DNA from: an uncultured Syntrophaceae bacterium
Lineage (GTDB): Bacteria > Desulfobacterota > Syntrophia > Syntrophales > UBA6807
Direction of reading: 5' to 3'
Assembly: GCA_964523565.1 (NCBI GenBank)
Contig: CAZGAK010000007.1
Location: 306 to 64,305 of the forward strand
DNA: 64,000 nt
A model generated the notes under the pieces. It saw nothing but the letters and a program-made list of their open reading frames with translations. It had not been told where the DNA came from and made no database searches. Numbering within the stretch: the stretch's first letter is position 1; every line of letters starts with the position of its first letter. Below, one piece after another: positions 10,261 through 20,942 of the stretch. Position numbers and translations under genes: made by a program.

Positions 10261-10434
10261 TTTATATCCAATATCGCGACTTTTTTCGAAACCGTCAATC
10301 TTTATCAGGATATATCTGTCTTTTGTTTCGCGAGTATTTATAACATGAGGAAGAAAAAGGCAAGAAATTAGAAAAAAAGCTAAGACAAGTGTGGGTTTTT
10401 CCACATTTCATATTGACACGAAAACATCACGTTA

Positions 10435-10878
10435 TTATTTTTCGTCCACTTTTACTATTTTTAACCCGGCAAGCGAAGCCAGTTTTGATTGGCGTGTATC
10501 GAGAGTTAAAAAACTGCCTGCTTTCATTGATAAAGCTGAAGCAACATGCAAAATATCCAGGGATCGTGATCCTGTATTCTTTGTATGATTTTTTGACAGA
10601 TCGATGGCATGTCTGAATATTTCTGCCCAGCTTAATTGCGGGCGATAGTAAATACCTTTGCTTTCATGTTCATAAAATTTTGACAATATATAAACGGCCT
10701 CGTCCTCTGTGATTTCTCTCCTGAAACGTTTCAGGTTGATTGCATTGGTAAATTCCAGGTCATGAAAACCTGTCAGAGGAATAGCTTCATTATTTTCTAT
10801 GATCCTGTTTGACACATCCAGTGAATAGTCTTCTTTGACATAGAGCTTTACGATTATGCTTGTATCAACGTAAAGCAT
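10435..10878 (-). CDS. vapC: PIN-domain toxin (VapC family)
   Basis: N-terminus MLYVDTSIIVK with conserved acidic positions, 147 aa. It directly abuts the upstream antitoxin gene. Confidence 0.85.
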   Translation of the reverse strand: MLYVDTSIIVKLYVKEDYSLDVSNRIIENNEAIPLTGFHDLEFTNAINLKRFRREITEDEAVYILSKFYEHESKGIYYRPQLSWAEIFRHAIDLSKNHTKNTGSRSLDILHVASALSMKAGSFLTLDTRQSKLASLAGLKIVKVDEK

Positions 10879-11109
10879 TTAAAATCTTTCCTCCCTTTCT
10901 TCAACAACTATGTCGCTTAGAGATTTGCCTTTAAGTTCAATTGCTTCATTGGAAAAATCGGGCCATTCGATTTTGCTCCTGGGGCCCAGCGCCGTTATCT
11001 TTGCCACGGGTTTGCCTCTTTTTGTAATGGTAATCTCTTCGCCGGCTTTTATGCCCCTGAGAACTCCTGAGAAATTCTTTTGAACCTCTCCTACGGTTGC
11101 TGTTTTCAT
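10879..11109 (-). CDS. Phd/YefM-type antitoxin
   Basis: 76 aa with the typical N-terminus MKTATVGEVQKNFSGVL...ITKRGKPVAKI. There is a 0-nt gap to the PIN gene. Confidence 0.8.
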   Translation of the reverse strand: MKTATVGEVQKNFSGVLRGIKAGEEITITKRGKPVAKITALGPRSKIEWPDFSNEAIELKGKSLSDIVVEEREERF

Positions 11110-11126
11110 AACAGAACCTCCACTGT

Positions 11127-11149
11127 TTTACGTATATTATATGCGTAAA
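11127..11149. promoter_or_regulatory. Near-perfect 23-bp palindrome upstream of the antitoxin gene (candidate TA operator)
   Basis: TTTACGTATATTATATGCGTAAA, with 10 of 11 arm positions symmetric. It contains TATAAT on the minus strand, 18-40 nt upstream of ATG 11109. Confidence 0.45.
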
Positions 11150-11209
11150 TTGTGAAATGTCAAGATTTATGATTGCGCTGTTAGAAACACGTAATCTGTC
11201 CGGTTTATA

Positions 11210-11422
11210 ATGGGTCACCGGGAGGTGGATAATTGCGTCAGCTTTGAGGGAAAAACGCTGCAAATCCCTGCGGACCGGCATAGATGCCATTACGTCAGGG
11301 TCAGGGTGCGTGTCCATCGGTACACGGATGGCTCACTGGCTGTTTTTCACGGCCCGAGAAAGTTGGCTGATTATGATGCACAGGGAAAATTGAAACAGTC
11401 CAAAAAGGGGAAGGCAGCGTAG
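11210..11422 (+). pseudogene. C-terminal fragment of a DDE (integrase-core type) transposase
   Basis: The 70-aa ORF (...SFEGKTLQIPADRH...VRVHRYTDGSLAVFHGPRKL...) resembles only the beta-rich tail of such transposases. No N-terminal or catalytic part lies upstream. A possible IS end ...CTATTTGTTGACA sits near 11542. Confidence 0.4.
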
Positions 11423-11666
11423 GTCCGCCGCTCGCCACTTCCTCGGAGAAGCTGCTTCAGTCTAAGACTTGCGCAGCTTTTCTGAGCAGTACAAAGCGGA
11501 CAATTCATTTGCTACAAAACCGGACACTTCTATTTGTTGACAACAGAAGAAATTTGCGCCTCGTCCTGTTTTTTTATTTTGGACATTGCCGTGTTAAAAT
11601 GAGTATCCGTATTTATGTATCCGTATTATGGAGGTTGGAAATCAGGTTGGAAATTGAATTTCAGGC

Positions 11667-11699
11667 AAAAAAAAAGGGTTACGATTCTCTCGTAACCCC
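11667..11699 (-). terminator. Rho-independent terminator after tRNA-Asp
   Basis: Minus strand reads GGGGTTACGA-gagaa-TCGTAACCC followed by T9. Confidence 0.7.
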
Positions 11700-11708
11700 T
11701 TGTTTGAC

Positions 11709-11785
<77 letters not shown>

Positions 11786-11844
11786 TTAAAATAGAAGAAA
11801 ATCCCTGCATATGGGTTAAACGCAAAGATTTTCTTTTCATTTCA

Positions 11845-11920
11845 TGGTAGGCGGAACAGGGCTTGAACCTGTGACATCCACGGTGTAAACGTGGCGCTCT
11901 CCCATCTGAGCTATCCGCCC
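11845..11920 (-). tRNA. tRNA-Val(TAC)
   Basis: Acceptor GGGCGGA/TCCGCCT, D-loop AGCTCAGATGGGAGAGC, anticodon loop TTTACAC, T-loop TTCAAGC, encoded CCA. Confidence 0.95.
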
Positions 11921-11990
11921 GAAAGATATCTCTCAGATGGACATATCTTTAACTATATCAGACAATGTTGTCAAGTCATATTTGAGAAAT

Positions 11991-14417
11991 TCAGCAGGCA
12001 CTCATCTGCGCCTCTGCACTTTGCGCCAAATCCGTATTCCCCCGAACTTTATCTTCCGTGATCAGGGCTTTGTCCAAAACTTCATCCATATTCTCAACAA
12101 AGACTATTTCAAGATCTTTTAATACATTGCGCGGGATATCATCAGCGAGATCCTTTTTATTTTCCTTCGGGATGATGACGGTTTTTATATTACCACGATG
12201 TGCCGCCAGGAGTTTCTCCTTTAAGCCACCTATCGGTAAAACTCTGCCCCTCAATGTAATCTCACCGGTCATTGCAAGATCACTTCTCACCTTTTTCCTC
12301 AAAAGAGCCGAGGCAATCGACGTTGCCATGGCAATACCTGCTGATGGCCCATCCTTCGGAATGGCACCCTCCGGAACATGAATATGAATATCCACTTCCT
12401 TATAGAAATTCTCCGGTAACCCGAAATCATCTGCCCTCGATCTGACAAAGGTCCACGCGGCCTGGGCAGATTCCTGCATGACATCTCCCAATTTTCCTGT
12501 TGTAAGGATAGGTTTACCTGTTCCCTTAACAACAGTTGCTTCTATATCAAGAAGTTCACCCCCTACTTCTGTCCATGCCAGACCTATCGACGACCCAATT
12601 CGATCCTCACCTTCTGTTTCCCCGTGTTTGAACCTTGGGATACCAAGATACTTCTCGACTGTTTTTGACGTTACCTTAACCTGTTTATCATAACCATCTG
12701 CCACTATCTTCCGCGCCACTTTCCTGCAGATTGATGCTATTTCTCTTTCCAGGTTTCTTACGCCGGCCTCCCTGGTATATCTTCCAATAATTGTTAACAA
12801 AGCTCCTTCTGTGAATGTTATGTTTTCCTCCGTAAGACCATTCGCTTCCATCTGTTTTGTGACAAGGTATTTTCTGCCGATATTCAACTTCTCCGGTTCA
12901 GTATACCCTGCAATGCGAATGACTTCCATCCTGTCCTGAAGAGGCGCAGGGATTGTTTGCGTTACATTGGCCGTTGTTATAAACATGATATCGGAAAGAT
13001 CATAATCCACTTCAATGTAATTATCATTAAAAGCAAAATTCTGTTCGGGATCGAGAACTTCCAGTAAAGCGGCTGCGGGATCCCCCCTGAAATCTGAAGT
13101 CAGCTTGTCTATTTCATCAAGGCAGAATACCGGGTTATTAGAACCTGCCTTTTTCAGCAATTGAATAATTCTACCAGGCAAAGCTCCTATATAAGTCCTT
13201 CTATGTCCCCTTATTTCAGCCTCATCTCTCAGGCCACCGAGAGATAATCTGACGAATTTTCTGTTTGTTGCTCTGGCAATAGATTTGGCTACCGAGGTCT
13301 TTCCAACACCAGGGGGACCTACCAGACAGAGTATTGAACCTTTATTTTTTTTCACCAAACTCTGGACAGCCAGGTATTCCAGAATCCGTTCTTTAACTTT
13401 TTTCAATCCGTAATGATCTTCTTCCAGGATTTCCTCTGAACCGTTTAATGTGTTTGTATTTTTCGTTTTTTCATACCACGGAAGGTCCAGTATCCAGTCT
13501 ATATAATTCCTTACAACTGTCGCCTCCGCAGACATGGGCGCCATCATCTTCAGTTTCTTTGCTTCCTTTTTTACCTTGTCATGGGCCTCTTCAGAAAGTT
13601 TCTTTTCCGTTAACCTTTTCTCGATTTCCCTTATCTCATTCTTCGCGCTATCCTCTTCTCCCATTTCTTTCTGGATAGCCCTCATCTGTTCATTCAGGTA
13701 GTACTCCTTCTGAGTTTTTTCCATCTGTTTTTTTACACGTCTCTTTATACGTCCCTCAACCTCAAGAACCTCAGTTTCGGCAAGAATGAGACCATATATC
13801 TTCTCGAGTCTCTCATCAACATCTGTTGTCTCGAGTATATCCTGTTTTTCGTCTATCTTTATGGTAAGGTGAGACACTGCAACATCGGCCAGTTTCGCAG
13901 GATCTTCTATGGATGCAAAAGACGTTAAAATTTCATTAGGTACTTTCCTGCTCAGCTTCGAATAGTGTTCAAATGCTTCCGTTATATTCCTCATGAGGGC
14001 TTCTGTTTTAATAGACTTTACCACACCAGGCATCTTTTCCTTTTCTTTAACCCTGACGAGAAAGAAATCGTGATTGGGAATATATTCTTCAATAAGTCCT
14101 CTCTTTTTCCCTTCAACTAAAACCTTTACTGTTCCGTCTGGAAGCCTCAATAGTTGAATAATTGTGCCTATTGTGCCAAATCGATAAATATCATCTTCGT
14201 GGGGTTCGTCTTTGTGGGCAACCCTTTGAGCAACCAGAAATATACTCTTCTCCTCTTTCATGGCAGATTCCAGGGCATTAATTGATTTTTCCCTGCCTAC
14301 AAAGAGTGGAACGATCATGTGAGGAAATACTACGACATCCCTTAATGGTAATAATGGAATTATCAATTCTTTTTCTTGTTCTTCCGGTTTGTCTTTATTT
14401 TTGCTAAAGTTAAACAT
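11991..14417 (-). CDS. lon: ATP-dependent Lon protease
   Basis: LON N-domain, AAA+ module (GPPGVGKTS) and protease domain ([11 protein letters not shown]). Confidence 0.95.
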   Translation of the reverse strand: MFNFSKNKDKPEEQEKELIIPLLPLRDVVVFPHMIVPLFVGREKSINALESAMKEEKSIFLVAQRVAHKDEPHEDDIYRFGTIGTIIQLLRLPDGTVKVLVEGKKRGLIEEYIPNHDFFLVRVKEKEKMPGVVKSIKTEALMRNITEAFEHYSKLSRKVPNEILTSFASIEDPAKLADVAVSHLTIKIDEKQDILETTDVDERLEKIYGLILAETEVLEVEGRIKRRVKKQMEKTQKEYYLNEQMRAIQKEMGEEDSAKNEIREIEKRLTEKKLSEEAHDKVKKEAKKLKMMAPMSAEATVVRNYIDWILDLPWYEKTKNTNTLNGSEEILEEDHYGLKKVKERILEYLAVQSLVKKNKGSILCLVGPPGVGKTSVAKSIARATNRKFVRLSLGGLRDEAEIRGHRRTYIGALPGRIIQLLKKAGSNNPVFCLDEIDKLTSDFRGDPAAALLEVLDPEQNFAFNDNYIEVDYDLSDIMFITTANVTQTIPAPLQDRMEVIRIAGYTEPEKLNIGRKYLVTKQMEANGLTEENITFTEGALLTIIGRYTREAGVRNLEREIASICRKVARKIVADGYDKQVKVTSKTVEKYLGIPRFKHGETEGEDRIGSSIGLAWTEVGGELLDIEATVVKGTGKPILTTGKLGDVMQESAQAAWTFVRSRADDFGLPENFYKEVDIHIHVPEGAIPKDGPSAGIAMATSIASALLRKKVRSDLAMTGEITLRGRVLPIGGLKEKLLAAHRGNIKTVIIPKENKKDLADDIPRNVLKDLEIVFVENMDEVLDKALITEDKVRGNTDLAQSAEAQMSAC

Positions 14418-14452
14418 AATTCTTTCCGCGGTATTATTTTTTACCGGTTATT

Positions 14453-15721
14453 TTATACGGCTTTCTTTTTTGTTTCGAAAAGCAAGATCGACTTCTCGTT
14501 ATTTAAAACAACCTCTTCACTAATGAGGCACTCTTTTACATCATTCCTCGATGGAATATCATACATGATATCAAGCATAATATTTTCCAGAATCGCCCTG
14601 AGTCCCCTGGCCCCGGTTTTTCTTTCCATGGCCAGCCTTGCTATTGCTCTCAGGGCACTATCAGTAAATGAAAGTTTTACCTTTTCAAGTTCAAGCATCT
14701 TTTTGTATTGTTTCATATGTGAATTTTTCGGTTCTACCAATATTTCTATGAGATCTTCTTCGCTCAGGTCATGTAACGTTGCAACGACAGGCAGCCGACC
14801 TACAAATTCCGGTATCAATCCATACTTTAAAAGATCTTCAGGCTGAACGTCCGATAATATTTCACCTATTCTCTTTTCTTTCCTGCTCTTAATGTCCGCT
14901 CCAAAGCCTATTGTGCTGACTCCAATTCTCTTCTCGATAATACTCCCCAGCGCATTGAAGGCACCACCGCAAATAAACAATATATTCGTCGTGTCTACCT
15001 GAATAAATTCCTGCTGAGGATGCTTTCTTCCCCCCTTGGGAGGAACATTAGCTACCGTTCCTTCTATAATCTTCAATAAAGCCTGCTGAACACCTTCACC
15101 TGATACGTCTCTGGTAATTGAAGGATTCCCGGATTTTTTCGAAATTTTATCAATTTCATCAATATATACAATGCCACGCGATGCTCTCTGTACATCATAA
15201 TCAGCATTTTGCAGCAGGCTGAGGATGATGTTTTCAACATCCTCTCCCACATATCCTGCCTCCGTTAATGTTGTGGCATCGGCGATGGTGAATGGTACAT
15301 TCAGCATTTTAGCCAGCGTTTTGGCCAGAAGAGTCTTTCCTGAACCTGTTGGTCCTATAAGCAAAATATTGCTTTTCTGAAGTTCGATATCATCACGATC
15401 AATTTCACTTTTAGAAGACAACCTCTTGTAGTGGTTATAAACTGCTACCGAAAGAACCTTCTTGGTCCGATCTTGTCCTACAACATATTGATCCAAAAAT
15501 TTCTTGATTTCCCTGGGTTCCAGGATGACTCTTTTTGATTCCTCTATACTTTCTATTTCACATTCTTCTTCAATGATACATTTGCAAAGCTCTATACATT
15601 CATCACATATATATGCTGCAGGACCGGCTACAAGTTTTTTCACTTCATACTGTGCCTTCCCGCAAAAAGAGCAGTTACGAGTTGCCCGACTGCCATCGGT
15701 GTCTTTACGCCTTTTACTCAT
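14453..15721 (-). CDS. clpX: ClpX ATPase/unfoldase
   Basis: N-terminal zinc ribbon (CSFCGK...CDEC), Walker A GPTGSGKT and ClpX-specific motifs. Confidence 0.95.
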   Translation of the reverse strand: MSKRRKDTDGSRATRNCSFCGKAQYEVKKLVAGPAAYICDECIELCKCIIEEECEIESIEESKRVILEPREIKKFLDQYVVGQDRTKKVLSVAVYNHYKRLSSKSEIDRDDIELQKSNILLIGPTGSGKTLLAKTLAKMLNVPFTIADATTLTEAGYVGEDVENIILSLLQNADYDVQRASRGIVYIDEIDKISKKSGNPSITRDVSGEGVQQALLKIIEGTVANVPPKGGRKHPQQEFIQVDTTNILFICGGAFNALGSIIEKRIGVSTIGFGADIKSRKEKRIGEILSDVQPEDLLKYGLIPEFVGRLPVVATLHDLSEEDLIEILVEPKNSHMKQYKKMLELEKVKLSFTDSALRAIARLAMERKTGARGLRAILENIMLDIMYDIPSRNDVKECLISEEVVLNNEKSILLFETKKKAV

Positions 15722-15735
15722 CAGAATGCTCCTTT

Positions 15736-16332
15736 CTATTGACGATCCAATACCCTTGTTACCATAACCTCGTCAATAATTCCATATTCTTGAGCCTCTT
15801 CACTTGTCATGAAAAAATCCCTGTCTGTATCATTTTCAATTTTTTCAAACGGCTGACTCGTCAGATTTGTCAGTATATCATTTAATTCCTGCTTCAATCT
15901 CAATATCTCTTTCGCCTGGATACCGATATCGGAGGCCTGCCCCTGAAAACCGCCAAGAGGTTGATGAATAAGAATTCTCGAATGAGGCAACGCATACCTC
16001 CTCCCCTTCTCACCGGCAGCGAGGATTATTGCGCCCATACTTGCCGCCTGTCCCATGCAGACTGTACAGACAGGTGGTTTAATATAACGCATGGTATCAT
16101 AAATAGCCAATCCACTACTAACAATACCACCCGGTGTATTGAGGTAGAAAAAGATTTCTTTATCAGGATCTTCAGATTCCAGATATAGTAGCTGAGCTAT
16201 AATGAGATTGGAAATCTCATCGTCGATTGCTGTCCCAAGGAATATGATTCTATCCTTCAAAAGCCTTGAATAAATATCAAAAGCCCTTTCACCCCTTCCA
16301 TCCTGTTCAATTACCATGGGAATGAGAGCCAT
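15736..16332 (-). CDS. clpP: ClpP protease subunit
   Basis: Catalytic context GQAASMGA...HQP, 198 aa. Confidence 0.95.
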   Translation of the reverse strand: MALIPMVIEQDGRGERAFDIYSRLLKDRIIFLGTAIDDEISNLIIAQLLYLESEDPDKEIFFYLNTPGGIVSSGLAIYDTMRYIKPPVCTVCMGQAASMGAIILAAGEKGRRYALPHSRILIHQPLGGFQGQASDIGIQAKEILRLKQELNDILTNLTSQPFEKIENDTDRDFFMTSEEAQEYGIIDEVMVTRVLDRQ

Positions 16333-17664
16333 TTATTCTTCTCCCTTTTTTTCTTCACTTTTCTTTTTCACAACTTTTATATCGGCTTTTTCCTCAAGAA
16401 AATTCAGTGTTTTTTGCTCGAGGATTTCATCTTTAAGCCGGTCAATAAGATTATTTTTTTCGTAATTCGCCCTTAAGGATTCATAGTCCTGAGCATAATT
16501 ATGGGCAAGTTCCTTTAATCTTTCCTCAACCTCTTTTTCATCAACAGTAATTGATTCTTTTTCGGAAATTTTATCAAGGAGAAGGGATGTCTTTACCATC
16601 CTGGTTGCATCACCTTCAAATCTGTCATGTAAGTTTACACTGATTTCTGTGGCCTTTTCCGGGGGCATTCCGTTGCGGATCATCCGTTGCTGAGCATCCA
16701 TAATCATATAATAGATTTGCCTGTTTACGAAGGTGGAGGGAACCTTAAATTCATTATTATCCAGTAACTTGATAATTATATTATTTCTTAAATCAGATTT
16801 GATCCTTGATTCATTTTCTTCTATAAGTGATTTTCTGATATCCTTTTTCAGATCCTCCAATGTTTCATATGTTTCGAAATTTTTTATAAAGTTTTCATCC
16901 AGATCAGGAATTTTCTTTTCCCGGATATCTTTTACAGTCACTGAAAAAAGGCTCTTTTTCCCGGCAAAATCTTTGTTCTGGTATTCATCGGGGAAAGTCA
17001 CCTGAACCTCCCGGAACTCACCTTTTTGGGCTCCGATTAACTGTTCCTCAAAACCGGGAGCGAACTTCCTGGAACCAATTTCAAGCAGATAATTTTCCGA
17101 AGATAATTCCTTGCGAACCTCATCATCTACTTTTCCTTCAAAATCTATAGATACAAAATCACCCTCAGCAACTTCTCTATCTTCTTCAATACTCTCAATT
17201 GTACTGTACATTTGTCGAAGTTGCTCAAGCCTTGTCTCTACATCGCTGTCCGTAATCTCAAGCTCCTCTTTTTCTGCTTCTATGCCTATATAATCCTTAG
17301 GTTCGAAGACCGGCTGAACTTCAACAGTCGCTGAGTAGGCAAAATCCTTATCCGTTTCAATTCCCTTCTGGTCAATAACCGGCTGGCTGACGGCCATAAT
17401 TTCATTCGTTTCCAGGGCTTTTGAATAAGACTTACTTACCAGATTCGATATTGCTTCCTCTTCTGCCTGATCCTTATAATACATCTCCAAAATTTTTCTC
17501 GGCGTTTTACCGGGTCTAAACCCTTTAACCTTGGCCTTTTTGCCGACCATATTGTACGCCTCGTCCAGTTCTCTCTTTACCTCAGACCAGGGAATTTCAA
17601 GCGATAGTTTCTTCTTTACAGAATTTATTTCTTCAATTTTCACCTCAGCAGCTACTTCACCCAC
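16333..17664 (-). CDS. tig: Trigger factor
   Basis: GFRPGK ribosome-binding signature and a central FKBP-like domain. GTG start with RBS AAGGAG. Confidence 0.95.
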   Translation of the reverse strand: MGEVAAEVKIEEINSVKKKLSLEIPWSEVKRELDEAYNMVGKKAKVKGFRPGKTPRKILEMYYKDQAEEEAISNLVSKSYSKALETNEIMAVSQPVIDQKGIETDKDFAYSATVEVQPVFEPKDYIGIEAEKEELEITDSDVETRLEQLRQMYSTIESIEEDREVAEGDFVSIDFEGKVDDEVRKELSSENYLLEIGSRKFAPGFEEQLIGAQKGEFREVQVTFPDEYQNKDFAGKKSLFSVTVKDIREKKIPDLDENFIKNFETYETLEDLKKDIRKSLIEENESRIKSDLRNNIIIKLLDNNEFKVPSTFVNRQIYYMIMDAQQRMIRNGMPPEKATEISVNLHDRFEGDATRMVKTSLLLDKISEKESITVDEKEVEERLKELAHNYAQDYESLRANYEKNNLIDRLKDEILEQKTLNFLEEKADIKVVKKKSEEKKGEE

Positions 17665-17712
17665 AATTTAGCTCCTTTTTCGTAATTTCCAATCCTGACT
17701 GTAAATATTTCG

Positions 17713-17800
17713 TGGTGCGAGAGAGGGGAGTCGAACCCCTATCCGCAATATGCGGGCTGGATCCTAAGTCCAGTGCGTCTTCCAGTTCCGCCACTCTCGC
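17713..17800 (-). tRNA. tRNA-Leu(TAG)
   Basis: Acceptor GCGAGAG/CTCTCGC, anticodon loop CTTAGGA, long variable arm (CCCGCATATTGCGGAT), encoded CCA. Confidence 0.95.
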
Positions 17801-17813
17801 AACATCACATGTT

Positions 17814-17842
17814 ATATTATTAACTACATTGACAATTGTCAA
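17814..17842 (-). promoter_or_regulatory. Sigma70-type promoter for tRNA-Leu/tig
   Basis: Minus strand has TTGACA, a 17-nt spacer and TAATAT, about 13 nt before the tRNA 5' end. The -35 lies inside the 14-bp perfect palindrome TTGACAATTGTCAA. Confidence 0.55.
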
Positions 17843-17870
17843 CTGCGAATAACGAGATATGAATCCCCGG

Positions 17871-17903
17871 CAAAACCAAAAAAACCGCAGTAAAAGCGGT
17901 TTT
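17871..17903 (-). terminator. Rho-independent terminator after tRNA-Pro(GGG)
   Basis: Minus strand reads AAAACCGC-ttttact-GCGGTTTT followed by a T-rich run. Confidence 0.6.
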
Positions 17904-17910
17904 CTATTAA

Positions 17911-17987
<77 letters not shown>

Positions 17988-18024
17988 ACTTTTCTTCGAT
18001 ATAATTTGAATTTAAGTTCGCCCG

Positions 18025-18053
18025 ATCTAACACATATAACGTTTATGTGTCAA
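18025..18053 (-). promoter_or_regulatory. Candidate promoter for tRNA-Pro(GGG)
   Basis: Minus strand has TTGACA, a 17-nt spacer and TTAGAT. The spacer contains the inverted repeat ACACATA-N7-TATGTGT. Confidence 0.4.
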
Positions 18054-18211
18054 GAATTATAAGCTTAACGGTTTTCCACCTGTGATACACAAATATCAGT
18101 ACTTATTAAGAGAACATCACATCCGCTTCATTGCCGCATAATAACAGATTTCACCAAACCTATCAATAAAAAGGTGCTTCCTCAAAAGCTTTCTTTGTGA
18201 GCAGAATATCC

Positions 18212-18784
18212 TTATACGCCACCTATATAGAAGTATTTTTTTACTTCCCCGAACTTTTTCACCCCTAAGGAATTAATCATGTTCAAATTATCTATAGTTG
18301 TAAATTTGCCGGTTTTTTCTCTGTGTTCAATTATCGCTTGAGCCGTCCTCTTCCCTATCCCTGGGATAAGCTCCAGATCCTCGACAGTTGCTTTATTAAT
18401 GTCCATTGGCATATCAAGGACAAATCTTGTAGCTCCATCTATTTCCCCCAATTCTATATATGGACGGGATCTGTCTTTTGAATTTATAATAACCTTTCTG
18501 CCATTTTCTATGTTAACAGCAAGATCTTTTTCATTAAAATCTCTTAAACCTTCAACTCCTGCAATGGTCAAAAGATCATGAACTGTTACCTCTTGAGGTA
18601 AAAAATATATTCCGTTGTTTGTACTGCTTCCCTCAAGTTTTACAACAAGGGAATTCCGGCTGTTACCTGAATAGAGAATGGAGGGAGCTTCATTATACCA
18701 GCAATGAAAACCGGCCTTAACGATATACAGAAACACTGCTATTAGAAGGACGATTACCGCTCCTCTAATCTGGCCCGTGCTCAT
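18212..18784 (-). CDS. comEA: ComEA-like helix-hairpin-helix DNA-binding protein
   Basis: N-terminal TM, SLBB-like middle region and a C-terminal HhH pair ([24 protein letters not shown]...). Confidence 0.85.
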   Translation of the reverse strand: MSTGQIRGAVIVLLIAVFLYIVKAGFHCWYNEAPSILYSGNSRNSLVVKLEGSSTNNGIYFLPQEVTVHDLLTIAGVEGLRDFNEKDLAVNIENGRKVIINSKDRSRPYIELGEIDGATRFVLDMPMDINKATVEDLELIPGIGKRTAQAIIEHREKTGKFTTIDNLNMINSLGVKKFGEVKKYFYIGGV

Positions 18785-20004
18785 TTGTTTTCACTATCCA
18801 GATGGAAAGCATCATGAAGGACCCTGACTGCAAGTTCTGTATATTTACTTTCTACTACACACGATATCTTTATCTCGGACGTGCTGATCATAAGAATATT
18901 TATTCCTTCACTTGCAAGAGCTGCAAACATCCTGGAAGCAACTCCGGCATGACTCTTCATGCCTACACCAACCATGGACACCTTCGAAATATTTTCATCG
19001 TATTCTATTCTGTTGGCTCCGATTTCCTTTGCAACCTTCTTCAATATAGCTTGAACTTCCTTCATATCTTTTTTAGGAACGGTAAATGTTAAATCGGTAA
19101 AACCCTCGACGCTTGCATTTTGAATGATCATATCGACAACAATATTCTGGTCCGAAATTGGTGTAAATAAACGAGCAGCAATTCCCGGCTTATCCGGAAC
19201 GTTAACAATCGTTATCTTTGCCTGATCTCTATCATATGTTACACCGGAAACAACCTCTTTTTCCATTTCTTTATCCTCCTTCGTTACCAAGGTTCCCCGT
19301 TCATTATTAAATGACGATCTGACATATACAGGTACCCCATATCTCTTTGCTATTTCCACGGAACGTTGCTGAAGAACCTTTGCCCCGGAACTGGCTAACT
19401 CTAACATTTCCTCGTAGGTTATCTTTGCTAACTTCCTTGCCCTGGCATAAATGTTTGGATCTGTTGTATAAACACCATCCACATCGGTAAATATCTCACA
19501 ATAGTCCGCGTTAAGGGCGGCAGCAACGGCAACTGCGCTCGTATCTGATCCTCCCCTTCCCAGTGTGGTAATGTTATTATCCTGATCAACACCCTGGAAA
19601 CCGGCCAATACGACAATATTACCCTTTTTTAGTTCACTGTTGATTCTTTCTGTATCTACATTAAGAATTCTTGCCCTGGTGTGATCTTTATCTGTCAATA
19701 TCTTGACCTGATGACCCAGGAATGACTTAGCCTTGCAGCCCATTTTATTAAGAATTATTGCGAGAAGGGAAATGGTAACCTGCTCACCCGTGGAGACAAG
19801 TGCATCGTATTCTCTTTCAGCGGGGTGGTCGGAAGCGCTATAGGCCAACTGAGCAAGTCTGTCTGTTTCGCCCTCCATAGCAGAAAGAACAACGACAATA
19901 CTATTTCCTTCTTCCTTAGCTTTGATAATTCTTTTGGCTACATTCTGCATTTTTTCAATATCAGAAACGGAAGTGCCACCATACTTTTGAACGATTAAAG
20001 CCAT
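18781..20004 (-). CDS. lysC: Aspartate kinase
   Basis: N-terminus VQKYGGTSV and C-terminal tandem ACT domains, 407 aa. Confidence 0.95.
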   Translation of the reverse strand: MALIVQKYGGTSVSDIEKMQNVAKRIIKAKEEGNSIVVVLSAMEGETDRLAQLAYSASDHPAEREYDALVSTGEQVTISLLAIILNKMGCKAKSFLGHQVKILTDKDHTRARILNVDTERINSELKKGNIVVLAGFQGVDQDNNITTLGRGGSDTSAVAVAAALNADYCEIFTDVDGVYTTDPNIYARARKLAKITYEEMLELASSGAKVLQQRSVEIAKRYGVPVYVRSSFNNERGTLVTKEDKEMEKEVVSGVTYDRDQAKITIVNVPDKPGIAARLFTPISDQNIVVDMIIQNASVEGFTDLTFTVPKKDMKEVQAILKKVAKEIGANRIEYDENISKVSMVGVGMKSHAGVASRMFAALASEGINILMISTSEIKISCVVESKYTELAVRVLHDAFHLDSENK

Positions 20005-20517
20005 CTACTGGAACCCTCCTTTTTCCAACTCTCTAAATATTATTGACGTTCTACTTATATTTCCGGAAATTTTGATCTCACGTCTTTCTTCATCTACATG
20101 TTTTAAATAAACAAATAAACAATCGGGGGGAAGGATATCTTTAATTTTCTCGGCCCACTCAATAACGATGACTCCATCACCGTAAAAATATTCTTCATAA
20201 CCCAGATCATCTAAATCCTGAGATCCCGATAATCTGTAGATATCTAAATGATACAGGGTAATTCTTCCAGGATATTCATTGATCAGGGTAAATGTCGGGC
20301 TTGTTATGTAATAGTTTTCAGGTACGCCGATTCCCCTGGCAATACCCTGGGTAATGCATGTTTTGCCTGAACCCAACTCACCTGTAAGGGCGACTATACT
20401 TCCCTTCCGGAGGGTTTCCCCTATAATCTTTCCAATTTTTAATGTATCCTCTGTCCCTGTTGAGATCAAGGTCAAAGTTGATTTATCTTCATCTATCATC
20501 GAATCTACATTATCCAC
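20005..20517 (-). CDS. tsaE: tRNA t6A biosynthesis ATPase TsaE
   Basis: P-loop GELGSGKT plus SPTFTLINEY...LYHLDIYRL. The GTG start at 20517 lies inside a heptamer array, so ATG at 20499 is an alternative. Confidence 0.85.
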   Translation of the reverse strand: MDNVDSMIDEDKSTLTLISTGTEDTLKIGKIIGETLRKGSIVALTGELGSGKTCITQGIARGIGVPENYYITSPTFTLINEYPGRITLYHLDIYRLSGSQDLDDLGYEEYFYGDGVIVIEWAEKIKDILPPDCLFVYLKHVDEERREIKISGNISRTSIIFRELEKGGFQ

Positions 20518-20565
20518 TATCAGGCATCAAGTATCAAACATCCAGCATCCAGCATCAAGTATCCG
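20503..20565. repeat. Heptamer tandem array, GCATCAA family (about 9 units)
   Basis: ATCTACA TTATCCA CTATCAG GCATCAA GTATCAA ACATCCA GCATCCA GCATCAA GTATCCG. It spans the acpS stop, the spacer and the annotated tsaE start. Confidence 0.8.
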
Positions 20566-20941
20566 GCCCCTCAAGAACGACAACAGCGGTGGCATAATTA
20601 TCCGTATGGGAAATACTTATATACATATCAGTTACACCCATACCGTTAATCTTGTTCTTTAACTTTTTGTGAAGTTTTAATTCAGGCTTCCCGTCACGAT
20701 TGTTGAAAACCTCCACATCCCTTAATGTCAAGCCGCTCCAGATTCCCGAACCCAGGCACTTCAGAAAAGCTTCCTTTGCAGCAAATCTTGCAGCGTAATG
20801 TATTGAAGGGGAAGCCTTTCTTTCGCAATAAATTATTTCATCCCCGGAGAATATTCTTTTCGTAAACTTCTCATCCCATTTTTTAAGGATCCTATCAATT
20901 CTGGCCACTTCAACAAGGTCTATTCCAATGCCGAAAATCAT
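20555..20941 (-). CDS. acpS: Holo-ACP synthase
   Basis: MIFGIGIDLVEV start and a conserved AAKEA motif. The internal ATG 20941 is preferred over 20962, which would overlap folP. Confidence 0.9.
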   Translation of the reverse strand: MIFGIGIDLVEVARIDRILKKWDEKFTKRIFSGDEIIYCERKASPSIHYAARFAAKEAFLKCLGSGIWSGLTLRDVEVFNNRDGKPELKLHKKLKNKINGMGVTDMYISISHTDNYATAVVVLEGPDT

Positions 20942-20942
20942 C

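Noticed and set aside
9918-10298. 126-aa version of the Cys-rich ORF (MTVSKKVAILDINRK...WIPASAGMTNG...).
   Set aside because: The N-terminal 55 codons read through MITE copy A. The internal ATG 10133 has a proper RBS and gives the compact Cys-rich protein.
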